Assembly: GCA_964464475.1 (NCBI GenBank)
Contig: CAYXGG010000001.1
Span: 87,174 to 151,173 of the forward strand
DNA from: an uncultured Planctomycetales bacterium
Lineage (GTDB): Bacteria; Omnitrophota; Gorgyraeia; Zapsychrales; JAHFFX01
DNA: 64,000 nucleotides
Reading direction: 5' to 3'
Shown here: positions 1 through 8,399 of the stretch, piece by piece
Numbering within the stretch: the first letter of the stretch is position 1
How the letters are laid out: every line of letters starts with the position of its first letter
Program-made: the position numbers and the translations under genes
The notes under the pieces: model-generated
Databases searched by the model: none
Told to the model about the DNA's origin: nothing
Seen by the model: only the letters and a program-made list of their open reading frames with translations

Positions 1-2
1 CC

Positions 3-242
3 GGCGCTATTGAAAAATCTACAGAGTATTCTCACTCTGTACACGTCCTTTTTAGTAGTGTGTCTGCCATTCTTTACTTAACCGCGTTTGGCGTGCAAGA
101 TTGGATTCATTCCTTGGGGATTATTTTGATTATTGTGGTATTCGCGGTCATGATTCCGTGTTGTGCCAGTGGTATCGCCTTTCCACTCTTTTGCGCGCAT
201 CGCAATTGTCACCATGGTCCTCAGGGTGAAGAAATTTCTTGA
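3..242 (+). CDS. C-terminal part of a hydrophobic membrane protein (gene starts before the window)
   Basis: The frame of the 60..242 ORF is open back to nt 3 (GAIEKSTEYSHSVHVLFSS...). Hydrophobic segments, PCC motif and His/Cys-rich tail; stop overlaps the next gene. Confidence 0.6.
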   Translation, partial: GAIEKSTEYSHSVHVLFSSVSAILYLTAFGVQDWIHSLGIILIIVVFAVMIPCCASGIAFPLFCAHRNCHHGPQGEEIS

Positions 243-2356
243 AATTTATGGTTCAGAAATCGACCAAGCCGTTATTGAAAATAGGTTCCCGATCTAGCTT
301 GCTCGCCAAAGTGCAAGTACGCGAAGTCTTGGCGTTATTGCGGCAGCAAAAAGTTGCCGTAAATCCGTGTTTTTTTTGGTTTAGTACCTCCGGGGATCGC
401 GATCGTCAAACGCTGCTTTCTCAGGAATTTGCCGGAGATTTCTTTACGGACGCTTTAGATCAAGCGTTGCTGGCTGGGACGATTGATGTGGCGATTCATA
501 GCGCTAAAGATTTGCCTGAGGATTTACCTCCGGGCTTGGCGATATTCGCGTTAACTGCTTCCGAAGATGAATCAGATGCGCTTGTTGCTGCCCAGCGTCT
601 AAAAGATTTACCGGTGGGAGCGCGTATCGGAACCAGTAGCGGGCTACGCCAGCAGGCCGTTCTCGGGATTAATTCCAAAGTGCGGTTAATTCCGGTTCGA
701 GGGACAGTGGACGAACGCTTGACTCTTTTGGATCAAGGGAAACTGGATGGTTTGATTGTGGCGACGTGCGCTTTGAAAAGATTGGGTCTAAATAAGCGAA
801 TAAAAGAAATAATGCCGTGGGAGACCATGCCTCTCCAAGGGCAGCTGGCGGTCGTAGGGCGAAGCAATGATGTGAAGCTTAGGAAGCTTCTTGCCAGTAT
901 CGACGTTCGTCAGCGTTATGGAAAAGTCTATTTAGTGGGTGCGGGACCGGGAGCTCCAGATTTAATGACGTTACGCGGGATTGAGGCGTTAAAGCGGGCT
1001 GATTGCGTTTTTTATGATTATTTGGTAGATCCTCGTTTGCTGGCTTACGCGTCGTCGAAGGCGGAGAAGGTTTATGTAGGTAAGAGAAAAGGAAAACATT
1101 CCATGCCGCAGGCTAAGCTTTCGCGGCTGCTTTTGGATCGGGCTCGTTCTGGTAAGGTGGTCGTACGCCTTAAAGGGGGGGATCCTTTAGTTTTTGGTCG
1201 CGGTGCAGAGGAAATGAATTATCTTCATTCCTATAAAGTCGACTGTGAGGTGATTCCAGGAATTAGCTCAGCAACAGGGATTCCCTCAAGTCTGAGTTTG
1301 CCTTTAACAGCCCGTCGGGTGGCGTCTTCAGTAGCATTCTTAAGTGGTCATGGTGAAGCGGAACCTGAGCGATCAGCTAAGGCACTGCGTATTCCGCAGG
1401 CGGATACGTTGATTTTCTTTATGGGGTTGACTAAACTTGATGCTATTGTTAAGCAGCTTATCCGTCAAGGTTGGAACAAGCAGACGCCGGTGCTGATTAT
1501 TTCCAAAGGGACCACCCGTGATCAACGATTGATTCAGGGCACGCTGGCGGATATTGTCGATAGAGTTGATCAAATCAGGTTGCCGCCGCCGGCCTTAATC
1601 ATGGTGGGAGAAGTTTTGAAATTGTCGCAAGATTTTAGAACTCAATTTGGCAGCCAACCGTTTTTCTCTAAGCCTAAAGCACCATTAACCAGTAAAAGCC
1701 TATTGTATTTAGGTACACGTCCTGAAAAGTATCGAGTTTTGGGTCGCATGATTCCTTTTCCGATGATTGCCATTAAGCGCGTTCAACCCTCAGCGGAGGA
1801 GATGAGTCGTGTTTTGGCGCAATTTAGTTTTTATTCGCTCGTTATTTTTACCAGCGCTCATAGTGTTAATTTTTTCATCAAACTTTTGCGGGAATACAGC
1901 GTTGATTTGAAATATCTAAGGTCTAAAAGCATTGCTGTCGTCGGTCAGGACACGGCAGAAGCGTTGCGCCAATATTTTCTGACGCCACAGTTCGTTGCTA
2001 CTCAGGAAACAAGCGAAGGGCTTTGGCAAGTTCTTCATGAACAGTATTCTGTTAAAGGTAAGAATATTCTTTTCCCGCGTTCGAATTTATCCAATCCATT
2101 TTTGAAAGCGCACTTACAACAGGCTGGGGCTCACGTTACCGAACTAACCGTATACCAGAATATTAAGCCGCCCAAGCGGCCCTTACCTGCTTTGAACAAG
2201 GTGTCATCGGTTTTTTTCTCCAGTCCTTCAACGGTGATTAATTTTCTTAAGGACTATCAGCAGATTCCTCAAGGTTGGCAAATTTATGCCAAAGGAGAGC
2301 GAACCAGGGATTATTTGCGGGAACGGGGATATGTCGCGGCTATGGTGCAACTGTGA
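239..2356 (+). CDS. cobA: Fusion of hydroxymethylbilane synthase (truncated HemC), uroporphyrinogen-III C-methyltransferase (CobA) and uroporphyrinogen-III synthase (HemD)
   Basis: HemC motifs IGSRSSLLA, HSAKDLP, GTSSGLR, RGTVDERL; CobA motifs VYLVGAGPG, RLKGGDPLVFGRG, IPGISS; HemD motifs IFTSAHSV, LFPRSN, FSSPSTV. The start may be ATG 248. Confidence 0.9.
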   Translation: MKFMVQKSTKPLLKIGSRSSLLAKVQVREVLALLRQQKVAVNPCFFWFSTSGDRDRQTLLSQEFAGDFFTDALDQALLAGTIDVAIHSAKDLPEDLPPGLAIFALTASEDESDALVAAQRLKDLPVGARIGTSSGLRQQAVLGINSKVRLIPVRGTVDERLTLLDQGKLDGLIVATCALKRLGLNKRIKEIMPWETMPLQGQLAVVGRSNDVKLRKLLASIDVRQRYGKVYLVGAGPGAPDLMTLRGIEALKRADCVFYDYLVDPRLLAYASSKAEKVYVGKRKGKHSMPQAKLSRLLLDRARSGKVVVRLKGGDPLVFGRGAEEMNYLHSYKVDCEVIPGISSATGIPSSLSLPLTARRVASSVAFLSGHGEAEPERSAKALRIPQADTLIFFMGLTKLDAIVKQLIRQGWNKQTPVLIISKGTTRDQRLIQGTLADIVDRVDQIRLPPPALIMVGEVLKLSQDFRTQFGSQPFFSKPKAPLTSKSLLYLGTRPEKYRVLGRMIPFPMIAIKRVQPSAEEMSRVLAQFSFYSLVIFTSAHSVNFFIKLLREYSVDLKYLRSKSIAVVGQDTAEALRQYFLTPQFVATQETSEGLWQVLHEQYSVKGKNILFPRSNLSNPFLKAHLQQAGAHVTELTVYQNIKPPKRPLPALNKVSSVFFSSPSTVINFLKDYQQIPQGWQIYAKGERTRDYLRERGYVAAMVQL

Positions 2357-2380
2357 AACAGATAAATATGTGAGGAAATC

Positions 2381-3349
2381 ATGACTCGTTTTCGTCGATT
2401 AAGAGGGACGGCACCGTTAAGAGCGCTAGTTAGAGAAACTCGTTTATCTCCAGAAGATTTGCTTCAACCATTTTTTGTGCGCGAGGGCAAAAATAAACAG
2501 GAAGCGATCCTCTCCATGCCGGGAATTTATCGTTATAGCCTTGACCGCCTTCTAAAACCTGTTGAACAGTATTATGTTTCTGGGGGGCGAGCTATCGTTT
2601 TGTTTGGCATTCCGGACCACAAGGACCCTCGAGGGACCAGAGCGTACGCGGACAATAATATTGTCGCTAAGGCGATTGGGGCGATTAAAAAAAGGTTACC
2701 GGAGCTCGTGATTATCACCGATGTGTGTTTATGTGCGTATACGTCGCATGGTCATTGTGGCGTGGTTGTCGGCAATCAAATAGATAATGACGCGACGTTG
2801 GATTTGTTGGCCAAGATGGCCGTAACTTTGGCTCAGGCGGGTGCTGATGTGATCGCTCCTTCCGATATGATGGATCATCGAGTGGCCAGTATTCGATGTG
2901 CTTTAGACAAGAAAGGTTTTATTAATATTCCTATTTTGTCTTACGCTGTGAAGTACGCTTCCGCGTTTTATGGACCATTTCGTTCGGCCGTAGACTCCAC
3001 GCCACAATTCGGCGATCGAAGAACTTATCAAATGGATCCGGCCAACGCGCGGGAAGCGCTCAAGGAGGCGCGACAGGATATTTTGGAGGGCGCGGATTTG
3101 ATTATGGTTAAGCCGGCCTTAGCGTATGTGGATATCATTTCAAAATTGAGAAAAGAAACAACTGTCCCGATTGTGGGTTATAGTGTGAGCGGTGAGTATT
3201 CGATGATTAAAGCGGCGGCTCGTTCGGGGTGGCTCAACGAGAGAGAGGTTGCTCTGGAAAGCTTGTTGTGTATCAAACGTGCGGGAGCGGATTTGATTAT
3301 TTCCTATTATGCTCAGGAGGCGAATCGATGGCTATCCGAAAATCGCTAG
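2381..3349 (+). CDS. hemB: Porphobilinogen synthase (ALA dehydratase)
   Basis: RFRRLR, DVCLCAYTSHGHCG (Zn-binding Cys), APSDMMD, SAFYGPFR, MVKPAL, YSVSGEY. Confidence 0.97.
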   Translation: MTRFRRLRGTAPLRALVRETRLSPEDLLQPFFVREGKNKQEAILSMPGIYRYSLDRLLKPVEQYYVSGGRAIVLFGIPDHKDPRGTRAYADNNIVAKAIGAIKKRLPELVIITDVCLCAYTSHGHCGVVVGNQIDNDATLDLLAKMAVTLAQAGADVIAPSDMMDHRVASIRCALDKKGFINIPILSYAVKYASAFYGPFRSAVDSTPQFGDRRTYQMDPANAREALKEARQDILEGADLIMVKPALAYVDIISKLRKETTVPIVGYSVSGEYSMIKAAARSGWLNEREVALESLLCIKRAGADLIISYYAQEANRWLSENR

Positions 3350-4620
3350 CGGCTTTTAATCAAGCCCGTCAAGTGATGGTGGGCGGGGTCAATAGCCCGG
3401 TGCGTTCTTTTATTTCAGTCGGGGGCAATCCGCTGGTGATTGATCATGGCCGTGGGGCCAGCATTGTCGACATTGATGGTCATCGCTATACCGACTATTG
3501 TTTATCTTGGGGAGCGGCCATTTTGGGGCATGCGAATAAAGAAGTCTTGCGAGCGGCTCAGCAGTCAGCGTTAAAAGGATTTAGTTTTGGAACTACGACC
3601 CGCCCAGAAATTGAAATAGCGCAGTTTTTGGTGAAACAGGTGCCTTCTTTAGAGTTGGTTCGATTTGTTAACTCGGGAACTGAGGCGACGATGAGCGCCA
3701 TTCGTGTGGCGCGGGGATACACAAAAAAGCGATTGGTCGTTAAGTTTGATGGGTGTTATCACGGGCATGCGGATGATCTGTTGATCCAGGCTGGGTCAGG
3801 GGTGGCTAAATTACAGGAGTCTTCGAGCCTCGGCGTTCCTCGAGCGCATGTTCAAAATACCATCAGTCTGCCTTTTAATAACACCAAACAATTAACCGAT
3901 ACATTGCATCAATATCGAGAAGATATTGCCTGTGTTATTCTGGAGCCGGTGGCTGGAAATATGGGTGTCGTCGCAGCGCAAAAGGATTTTTTAAAAGTGC
4001 TGCGCTATTTAACTGCGAAATTCAATATTGTGCTTATTTTTGACGAGATTATGTGCGGATTTCGGAGTTGTTTGGGTTGTGTTCAGCAAGAGGTAGGCAT
4101 TATTCCCGATATGACTTGTTTGGGAAAGATAATTGGAGGCGGGTTTCCCGTTGGGGCCTATGGTGGACGAAAAGATATTATGCAGTGTTTAGCCCCGTTA
4201 GGGGGTGTTTATCAGGCCGGAACTTTTGCCGGGAATCCAGTGGTGATGCGCGCGGGGCTAGCCGCACTCAAGCAACTGACTCGTTCAATGTATGCGGAGC
4301 TCAATCAGAAGTCTGAGAAATTTGTTGTGCAGATGAATTCTTTTTTTAGACAGCATCGAATTCCGGCTCATTTTTCAGGATATAAGTCCATGCTTAGTTT
4401 GCGGTTTCGGTCGATGGAGGTTAATGATTATGCCAACGCCCAACAAGCCTCTTCCGGTGAGATTTATGCCAGGTTGTTTAATGTTTTATTGCGTTCGGGG
4501 ATCTACTGGCCACCTGCTGACTTAGAGGCCTTTTTCATTTCCGCTGTTCATACGCAACATGATTTAGAGCGCTTACAAAATATTTTGAAGGATTTCTTTA
4601 TTGCCAAGGGAAAAAACTGA
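3328..4620 (+). CDS. hemL: Glutamate-1-semialdehyde 2,1-aminomutase
   Basis: GGVNSPVR, NSGTEATM, FDGCYHGH, FDEIM, GKIIGGGFPVG, YQAGT. Start reassigned to ATG 3328 behind SD AGGAGG. Confidence 0.95.
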   Translation: MAIRKSLAAFNQARQVMVGGVNSPVRSFISVGGNPLVIDHGRGASIVDIDGHRYTDYCLSWGAAILGHANKEVLRAAQQSALKGFSFGTTTRPEIEIAQFLVKQVPSLELVRFVNSGTEATMSAIRVARGYTKKRLVVKFDGCYHGHADDLLIQAGSGVAKLQESSSLGVPRAHVQNTISLPFNNTKQLTDTLHQYREDIACVILEPVAGNMGVVAAQKDFLKVLRYLTAKFNIVLIFDEIMCGFRSCLGCVQQEVGIIPDMTCLGKIIGGGFPVGAYGGRKDIMQCLAPLGGVYQAGTFAGNPVVMRAGLAALKQLTRSMYAELNQKSEKFVVQMNSFFRQHRIPAHFSGYKSMLSLRFRSMEVNDYANAQQASSGEIYARLFNVLLRSGIYWPPADLEAFFISAVHTQHDLERLQNILKDFFIAKGKN

Positions 4621-4705
4621 TCATATTGCAAATATTGGGATTAATTCGCCATTAATTAAATGAGAGTGTTAGAATAGGCGCATTATTTTAAGGAAGGAGC
4701 TAAAT

Positions 4706-5095
4706 ATGCAAAAATTTAAATTATTATCGTTGGCTTTGGTGGTCGCTTTCTCAGTATTTTGTTCAGGGTGTATCCCTTTGCTGGTGGGTGCGGCAGCCGG
4801 AGCCGGTGGGATTATTTGGGTCAAAGGTAAGTTAAAACAAGAGATCCTAGAACCTTTAGATGTTGTCCACGCGGCTGCGGTCAAAGGTTTGCAGAAAATG
4901 GAGCTTCCGGTGATCGTGGATAATAAAGATCAATTAACCGCTAAATTGGAATCTGAGTTTGCGGATCGTGCACGTGTTTGGATTGATTTAGAAGCCTTGA
5001 CGGATAAATCGACCCGAATTGAAATCCGTGTCGGGACTTTGGGAGATGAACAGCGTTCCCGTGAGATTTTAAATAGCATTGAACAGTATCTATAA
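4706..5095 (+). CDS. DUF3568-like lipoprotein
   Basis: Lipobox CSGC followed by GAAAGAG; C-terminal IRVGTLGDEQRSREIL motif typical of this family; SD AAGGAG. Confidence 0.7.
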   Translation: MQKFKLLSLALVVAFSVFCSGCIPLLVGAAAGAGGIIWVKGKLKQEILEPLDVVHAAAVKGLQKMELPVIVDNKDQLTAKLESEFADRARVWIDLEALTDKSTRIEIRVGTLGDEQRSREILNSIEQYL

Positions 5096-5114
5096 TTGTC
5101 GAGAGAGGGTCATT

Positions 5115-5468
5115 ATGTCAGTTGAAGAATTTTCTACCCGACCATGGGGGAATTATAAGAAATTATTTCAAGAACCCGGAGTCTGGGTCAAACGCGTGGA
5201 AGTGAATGCCGGAGCGCGGTTAAGTTTGCAAAAACACCAGAAGCGTTCCGAAAAATGGATTTTTGTTTATGGGCGAGGTGTCGCCATTGTGGATGGTAAA
5301 GAAATTCCCGTGGAAGCCGGGAGTGTGGTTGATATTCCTTTAGGTGCCGTGCACCGGATTGGGAACACAGGGCAGGATTTGTTGATTTTTATTGAAGTCG
5401 CTACGGGAAGCTATTTAGCGGAGGATGATATTGTACGGCTGCAAGATGATTATGAACGTAAGAGTTAG
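5115..5468 (+). CDS. Stand-alone cupin, mannose-6-phosphate isomerase type II C-terminal family
   Basis: RPWG, LSLQKH..RSEKW, HRIGN, IEVATGSYLAEDDIVR. Start moved to ATG 5115. Confidence 0.85.
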   Translation: MSVEEFSTRPWGNYKKLFQEPGVWVKRVEVNAGARLSLQKHQKRSEKWIFVYGRGVAIVDGKEIPVEAGSVVDIPLGAVHRIGNTGQDLLIFIEVATGSYLAEDDIVRLQDDYERKS

Positions 5469-5490
5469 TTGATGTCGTTGGCTCACTTTG

Positions 5491-5527
5491 AAAAAGCCCT
5501 CAATAAAATATTTATTGAGGGCTTTTT
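5491..5527. terminator. Bidirectional intrinsic terminator
   Basis: AAAAAGCCCTCAATAAA-ATA-TTTATTGAGGGCTTTTT perfect inverted repeat between convergent genes. Confidence 0.9.
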
Positions 5528-6893
5528 ATTCTTTACGTAAATGTGATGGCAGTATGTTTAATTGCTGACGGTATTTGCTGATGGTTCGGCGGGCGATCGG
5601 CATCCCCTTTTGAGTAAAGCAATCTTGAATTTCCTGATCAGAAAGGGGGGAATGTTTATTTTCAGCGTCTATAAGATCTTTGATTTCTTCTTTAATGCCG
5701 CGACTAGATACTGTTTCGTTATTCCCATCAGATAACGCTTGAGAAAAGAAATATTTTAAAGCAACCGTCCCCAAAGGAGATTCAACGAATTTCCCTTGGA
5801 TAGCTCGACTGATGGTGGATTCATTGCGGTTGATGGCCTCAGCTACATCTTTTAGTGTCATTGGAATAATCGCTGTAGCAGTTCCTTCAAAGAAATCTTT
5901 TTGTTTCTCCAAGATGTATAGCGCGATTTGCTGAATAGTGTTCCCGCGTTGATCAACGCTTTTGATGAAGTTTATCGCGTCTTTAATTTTTTCCTTAATG
6001 AACTCACGTTCATCAGATTTGAGATTCTTATTTTCTAGCATTCTTTGATAAGTCATGTTTACTCTTAATTGGGGAATGCCATCTCGGCAGACGGAGACGC
6101 TGTAGCCTTGAAGGGGGTCCTTTTTGATAATCACGTCTGGTTTGATGTAGATGTTTGCGCTGAGGGGTCGAAAGTTTCTGGCGGGTTTAGGTTCTAAATT
6201 AGCAATCTTTTGGGCAGCTTCCTTGACCGAATCAATATTGACGCCCAGTTTGCGGGCAATATCTGAGAATTTTTTGCGACAAAGTTCATCAAAGCACTCT
6301 GTAATAATACGAGTCGCCAGGTCATGGTGTCCGCTAAAGCGAACCCGAACTTGAATCAATAAGCTTTCTTTGAGGTCTCGAGCGGCAATCCCGATAGGTT
6401 CAAAATGTTGAATAACCTCGAGCACATGCTTAACCAGATTTAGTTGTTCCGGGCAAAGCGACTCTGCGATTTCCTCGCAGGAAATGTTTAAGAAGCCGTC
6501 TTCGTTTAGATTCCCAATGATGGCTTCTCCAATTTTGAGTTGCAGAGGATCATTGAGCTCAAATTTTAGTTGTTCCAAAAGATTTTCTTCCAGGGAAAGT
6601 TTCTTGGTTAAGGGCTTTTCTTCCCATTTTTCATCATCGCTGAGGTATTCTTGTTTTTGTAGTTTAAGTTTTTCCGATTGACGCAGGGCGAATGCTTTTA
6701 ACTCAGCATCATTAATTTCAGGGCTCGGGAGAGGCGAGTTTTCTTCTATTTCCAAGAGGGGATTGTTTTGAAGTTCATGATCAATGGCTTGTGCTAATTC
6801 AGTCAGCGGTAGCTGCAAAACAGCTACTGATTGCTGAAGTAAAGGCGCCATGATTCCTTTTTGGATTTGTTTTGGAGATAAGTTAACTTTCAC
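5526..6893 (-). CDS. rpoN: RNA polymerase sigma-54 factor
   Basis: N-terminal PLLQQSVAVLQLP..EL....NPLLE, EPIGIAARDLKESL, PMTLKDVAE..NESTISR, RpoN box ARRTISKYR. Confidence 0.96.
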   Translation of the reverse strand: MKVNLSPKQIQKGIMAPLLQQSVAVLQLPLTELAQAIDHELQNNPLLEIEENSPLPSPEINDAELKAFALRQSEKLKLQKQEYLSDDEKWEEKPLTKKLSLEENLLEQLKFELNDPLQLKIGEAIIGNLNEDGFLNISCEEIAESLCPEQLNLVKHVLEVIQHFEPIGIAARDLKESLLIQVRVRFSGHHDLATRIITECFDELCRKKFSDIARKLGVNIDSVKEAAQKIANLEPKPARNFRPLSANIYIKPDVIIKKDPLQGYSVSVCRDGIPQLRVNMTYQRMLENKNLKSDEREFIKEKIKDAINFIKSVDQRGNTIQQIALYILEKQKDFFEGTATAIIPMTLKDVAEAINRNESTISRAIQGKFVESPLGTVALKYFFSQALSDGNNETVSSRGIKEEIKDLIDAENKHSPLSDQEIQDCFTQKGMPIARRTISKYRQQLNILPSHLRKE

Positions 6894-6900
6894 AGCAAAA

Positions 6901-6930
6901 AGTATACCATGAATAATTTTTGTTTGCCAA
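6901..6930 (-). promoter_or_regulatory. Putative sigma-70 promoter of rpoN (extended -10)
   Basis: Minus strand TTGGCA-N18-TATACT with TG upstream of the -10; the -10 ends 7 nt before the GTG start. Confidence 0.5.
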
Positions 6931-7024
6931 ATTCAGGGTGAAATGCTGATGAAAATCGTTTAATGTTAATTTTATTGGACACGTCTTAAGTCGTTGGGTA
7001 ATATAAATTTACTCTATGTCCGGA

Positions 7025-7060
7025 TTTGTCTATGACAGTCATGTTGATTTTGGGCAACAT
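7025..7060 (+). promoter_or_regulatory. Putative upstream activator elements of sigma-54 promoter 1
   Basis: TTTGTCTATGACAGTCATGT (19/20 identical to 56044..56063), overlapping the palindrome ATGTTG-N8-CAACAT. Confidence 0.65.
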
Positions 7061-7175
7061 AGGATTTCAATTTTAGTGTTGTGAAAATAATGATTGTTGA
7101 TAATATTGATCGTAAGTTATTTGAAATTATATATTTGCAGCTTTAAGGCAAGAAATTGTCTGGGATTGTCTAGGA

Positions 7176-7191
7176 TGGCATATATTTTGCT
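7176..7191 (+). promoter_or_regulatory. Sigma-54 (-24/-12) promoter of the glycan operon
   Basis: TGGCATATATTTTGCT, exact GG-N10-GC spacing, ~100 nt upstream of the first gene. Confidence 0.85.
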
Positions 7192-7289
7192 ATAACATAC
7201 CCGAATCCGATTGGCCCTGGTAATTATGGTGGGCTTAGGCTATACTTGAGCCATTGTGACAGCTCGGTAAAATTTTAGTGGGGTAAATT

Positions 7290-7511
7290 ATGGTAGAAGA
7301 ATTGCTGAACTTGGGGGAACCTGAGAACAAAAAACGTCTGACTATTACTGAAGTGGCTGAAATGGTCGGGATTAGTCCCAAAACTTTAGCCCGCTGGGAG
7401 AAGGTTGGCAAAATTAAGAAACCTAAAAGAGATTGGCGCGGCTGGAGGGTCTACGAAGAAGCCGACGTGCTCAGAATAAAAGAATTTCATGACACAGTTT
7501 TCGAAGTTTAA
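7290..7511 (+). CDS. Small MerR-like / excisionase-like helix-turn-helix DNA-binding protein
   Basis: LTITEVAEMVGISPKTLARWEKVGKI..PKRDWRGWRVY; no effector domain. Confidence 0.85.
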   Translation: MVEELLNLGEPENKKRLTITEVAEMVGISPKTLARWEKVGKIKKPKRDWRGWRVYEEADVLRIKEFHDTVFEV

Positions 7512-7536
7512 TTTTAAGATTAAGGAGAGACAACTC

Positions 7537-8358
7537 ATGCGAATCATTAGGATAATTAATCAATTAGTTCTAGGGGTTATGTGTTTTTCCAGCTTAGTTT
7601 GGGCTGAAAATCAAGGAAATTTTGTCGGTGGCGAAAGTGCCCAAGCTAAGGAAAAATGGCGTCCTCGGTCAGAACGAGTGAAAGAGCCAGAGCAAAAAGT
7701 GATCAGTGAGAGTAAAGAGCTAACAGCTGAAGAAATATTGATGCAGGTAGGCACAATGGCTGTTGCTGATGAGAAAGCCTACACATTGGGCATTGATGAT
7801 GTCTTGGAAATTCTGGTTCAGCGCCATCCCGAAGTCTCCGGTCAGTATGTCATTAATGGTGAAGGCAAGATTCAGTACGAATTTGTGGGAGATTTAAGTA
7901 TCGCGGGCTTAACCAAAGAGAAAGTTCGAGATTTAGTGGTTGAGCAATTATCAAAATATATTGTTTCACCCGATGTCACCGTAAAGATTATCGGTTATAA
8001 TAGCAAAGTGGTTTACGTGATCGGCGAAGTCGGTCGTCCAGGAAAGATTTTTATGCGGGGTGATACCATCACCGTTCGTGAAGCCTTGTTGGGCGCAGGA
8101 TTGCCGCTATTGTCTGCCGCAACGAAAAAAACTCGATTGATTACTCCTTCTGCGGATGGAAAACCCGCTCAGAAATTTATTAATGTTGAAGCTCTGCTTT
8201 ATGAAGGTGATTTAAGAGAAAACCTGGTGATGAATCCCGGTGACACGCTTTATATTCCCGCAACTGTTTTGGCAAAAGCTATGCGAGCCATCCAACCCGT
8301 CACACAACCACTGGGAGAAGCAGCGGGTACGACGCGATCGGTTTACCCCGGACTTTAA
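7537..8358 (+). CDS. Polysaccharide export protein (Wza/OPX family, Poly_export + SLBB)
   Basis: YTLGIDDVLEI, GEGKIQYEFVGDLSIAGLT, VYVIGEVGRPG, PGDTLYIP; signal peptide; start at ATG 7537 behind AAGGAG. Confidence 0.88.
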   Translation: MRIIRIINQLVLGVMCFSSLVWAENQGNFVGGESAQAKEKWRPRSERVKEPEQKVISESKELTAEEILMQVGTMAVADEKAYTLGIDDVLEILVQRHPEVSGQYVINGEGKIQYEFVGDLSIAGLTKEKVRDLVVEQLSKYIVSPDVTVKIIGYNSKVVYVIGEVGRPGKIFMRGDTITVREALLGAGLPLLSAATKKTRLITPSADGKPAQKFINVEALLYEGDLRENLVMNPGDTLYIPATVLAKAMRAIQPVTQPLGEAAGTTRSVYPGL

Positions 8359-8399
8359 TTTGAATCAATAGCTAACCAAAAAATAAGGAATTATTCGAT

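Noticed and set aside
370-377. T8 tract in the hemC fusion as a phase-variation site
   Set aside because: Short, in frame, and expected in T-rich sequence.
6914-6930. TTGGCA on the minus strand as a sigma-54 promoter for rpoN
   Set aside because: No GC at the -12 position; fits better as a sigma-70 -35 element.
7211-7265. Small hairpins in the leader of the glycan operon (possible ops/JUMPstart or antitermination RNA)
   Set aside because: No GGCGGTAG ops core; stems are short and unremarkable.
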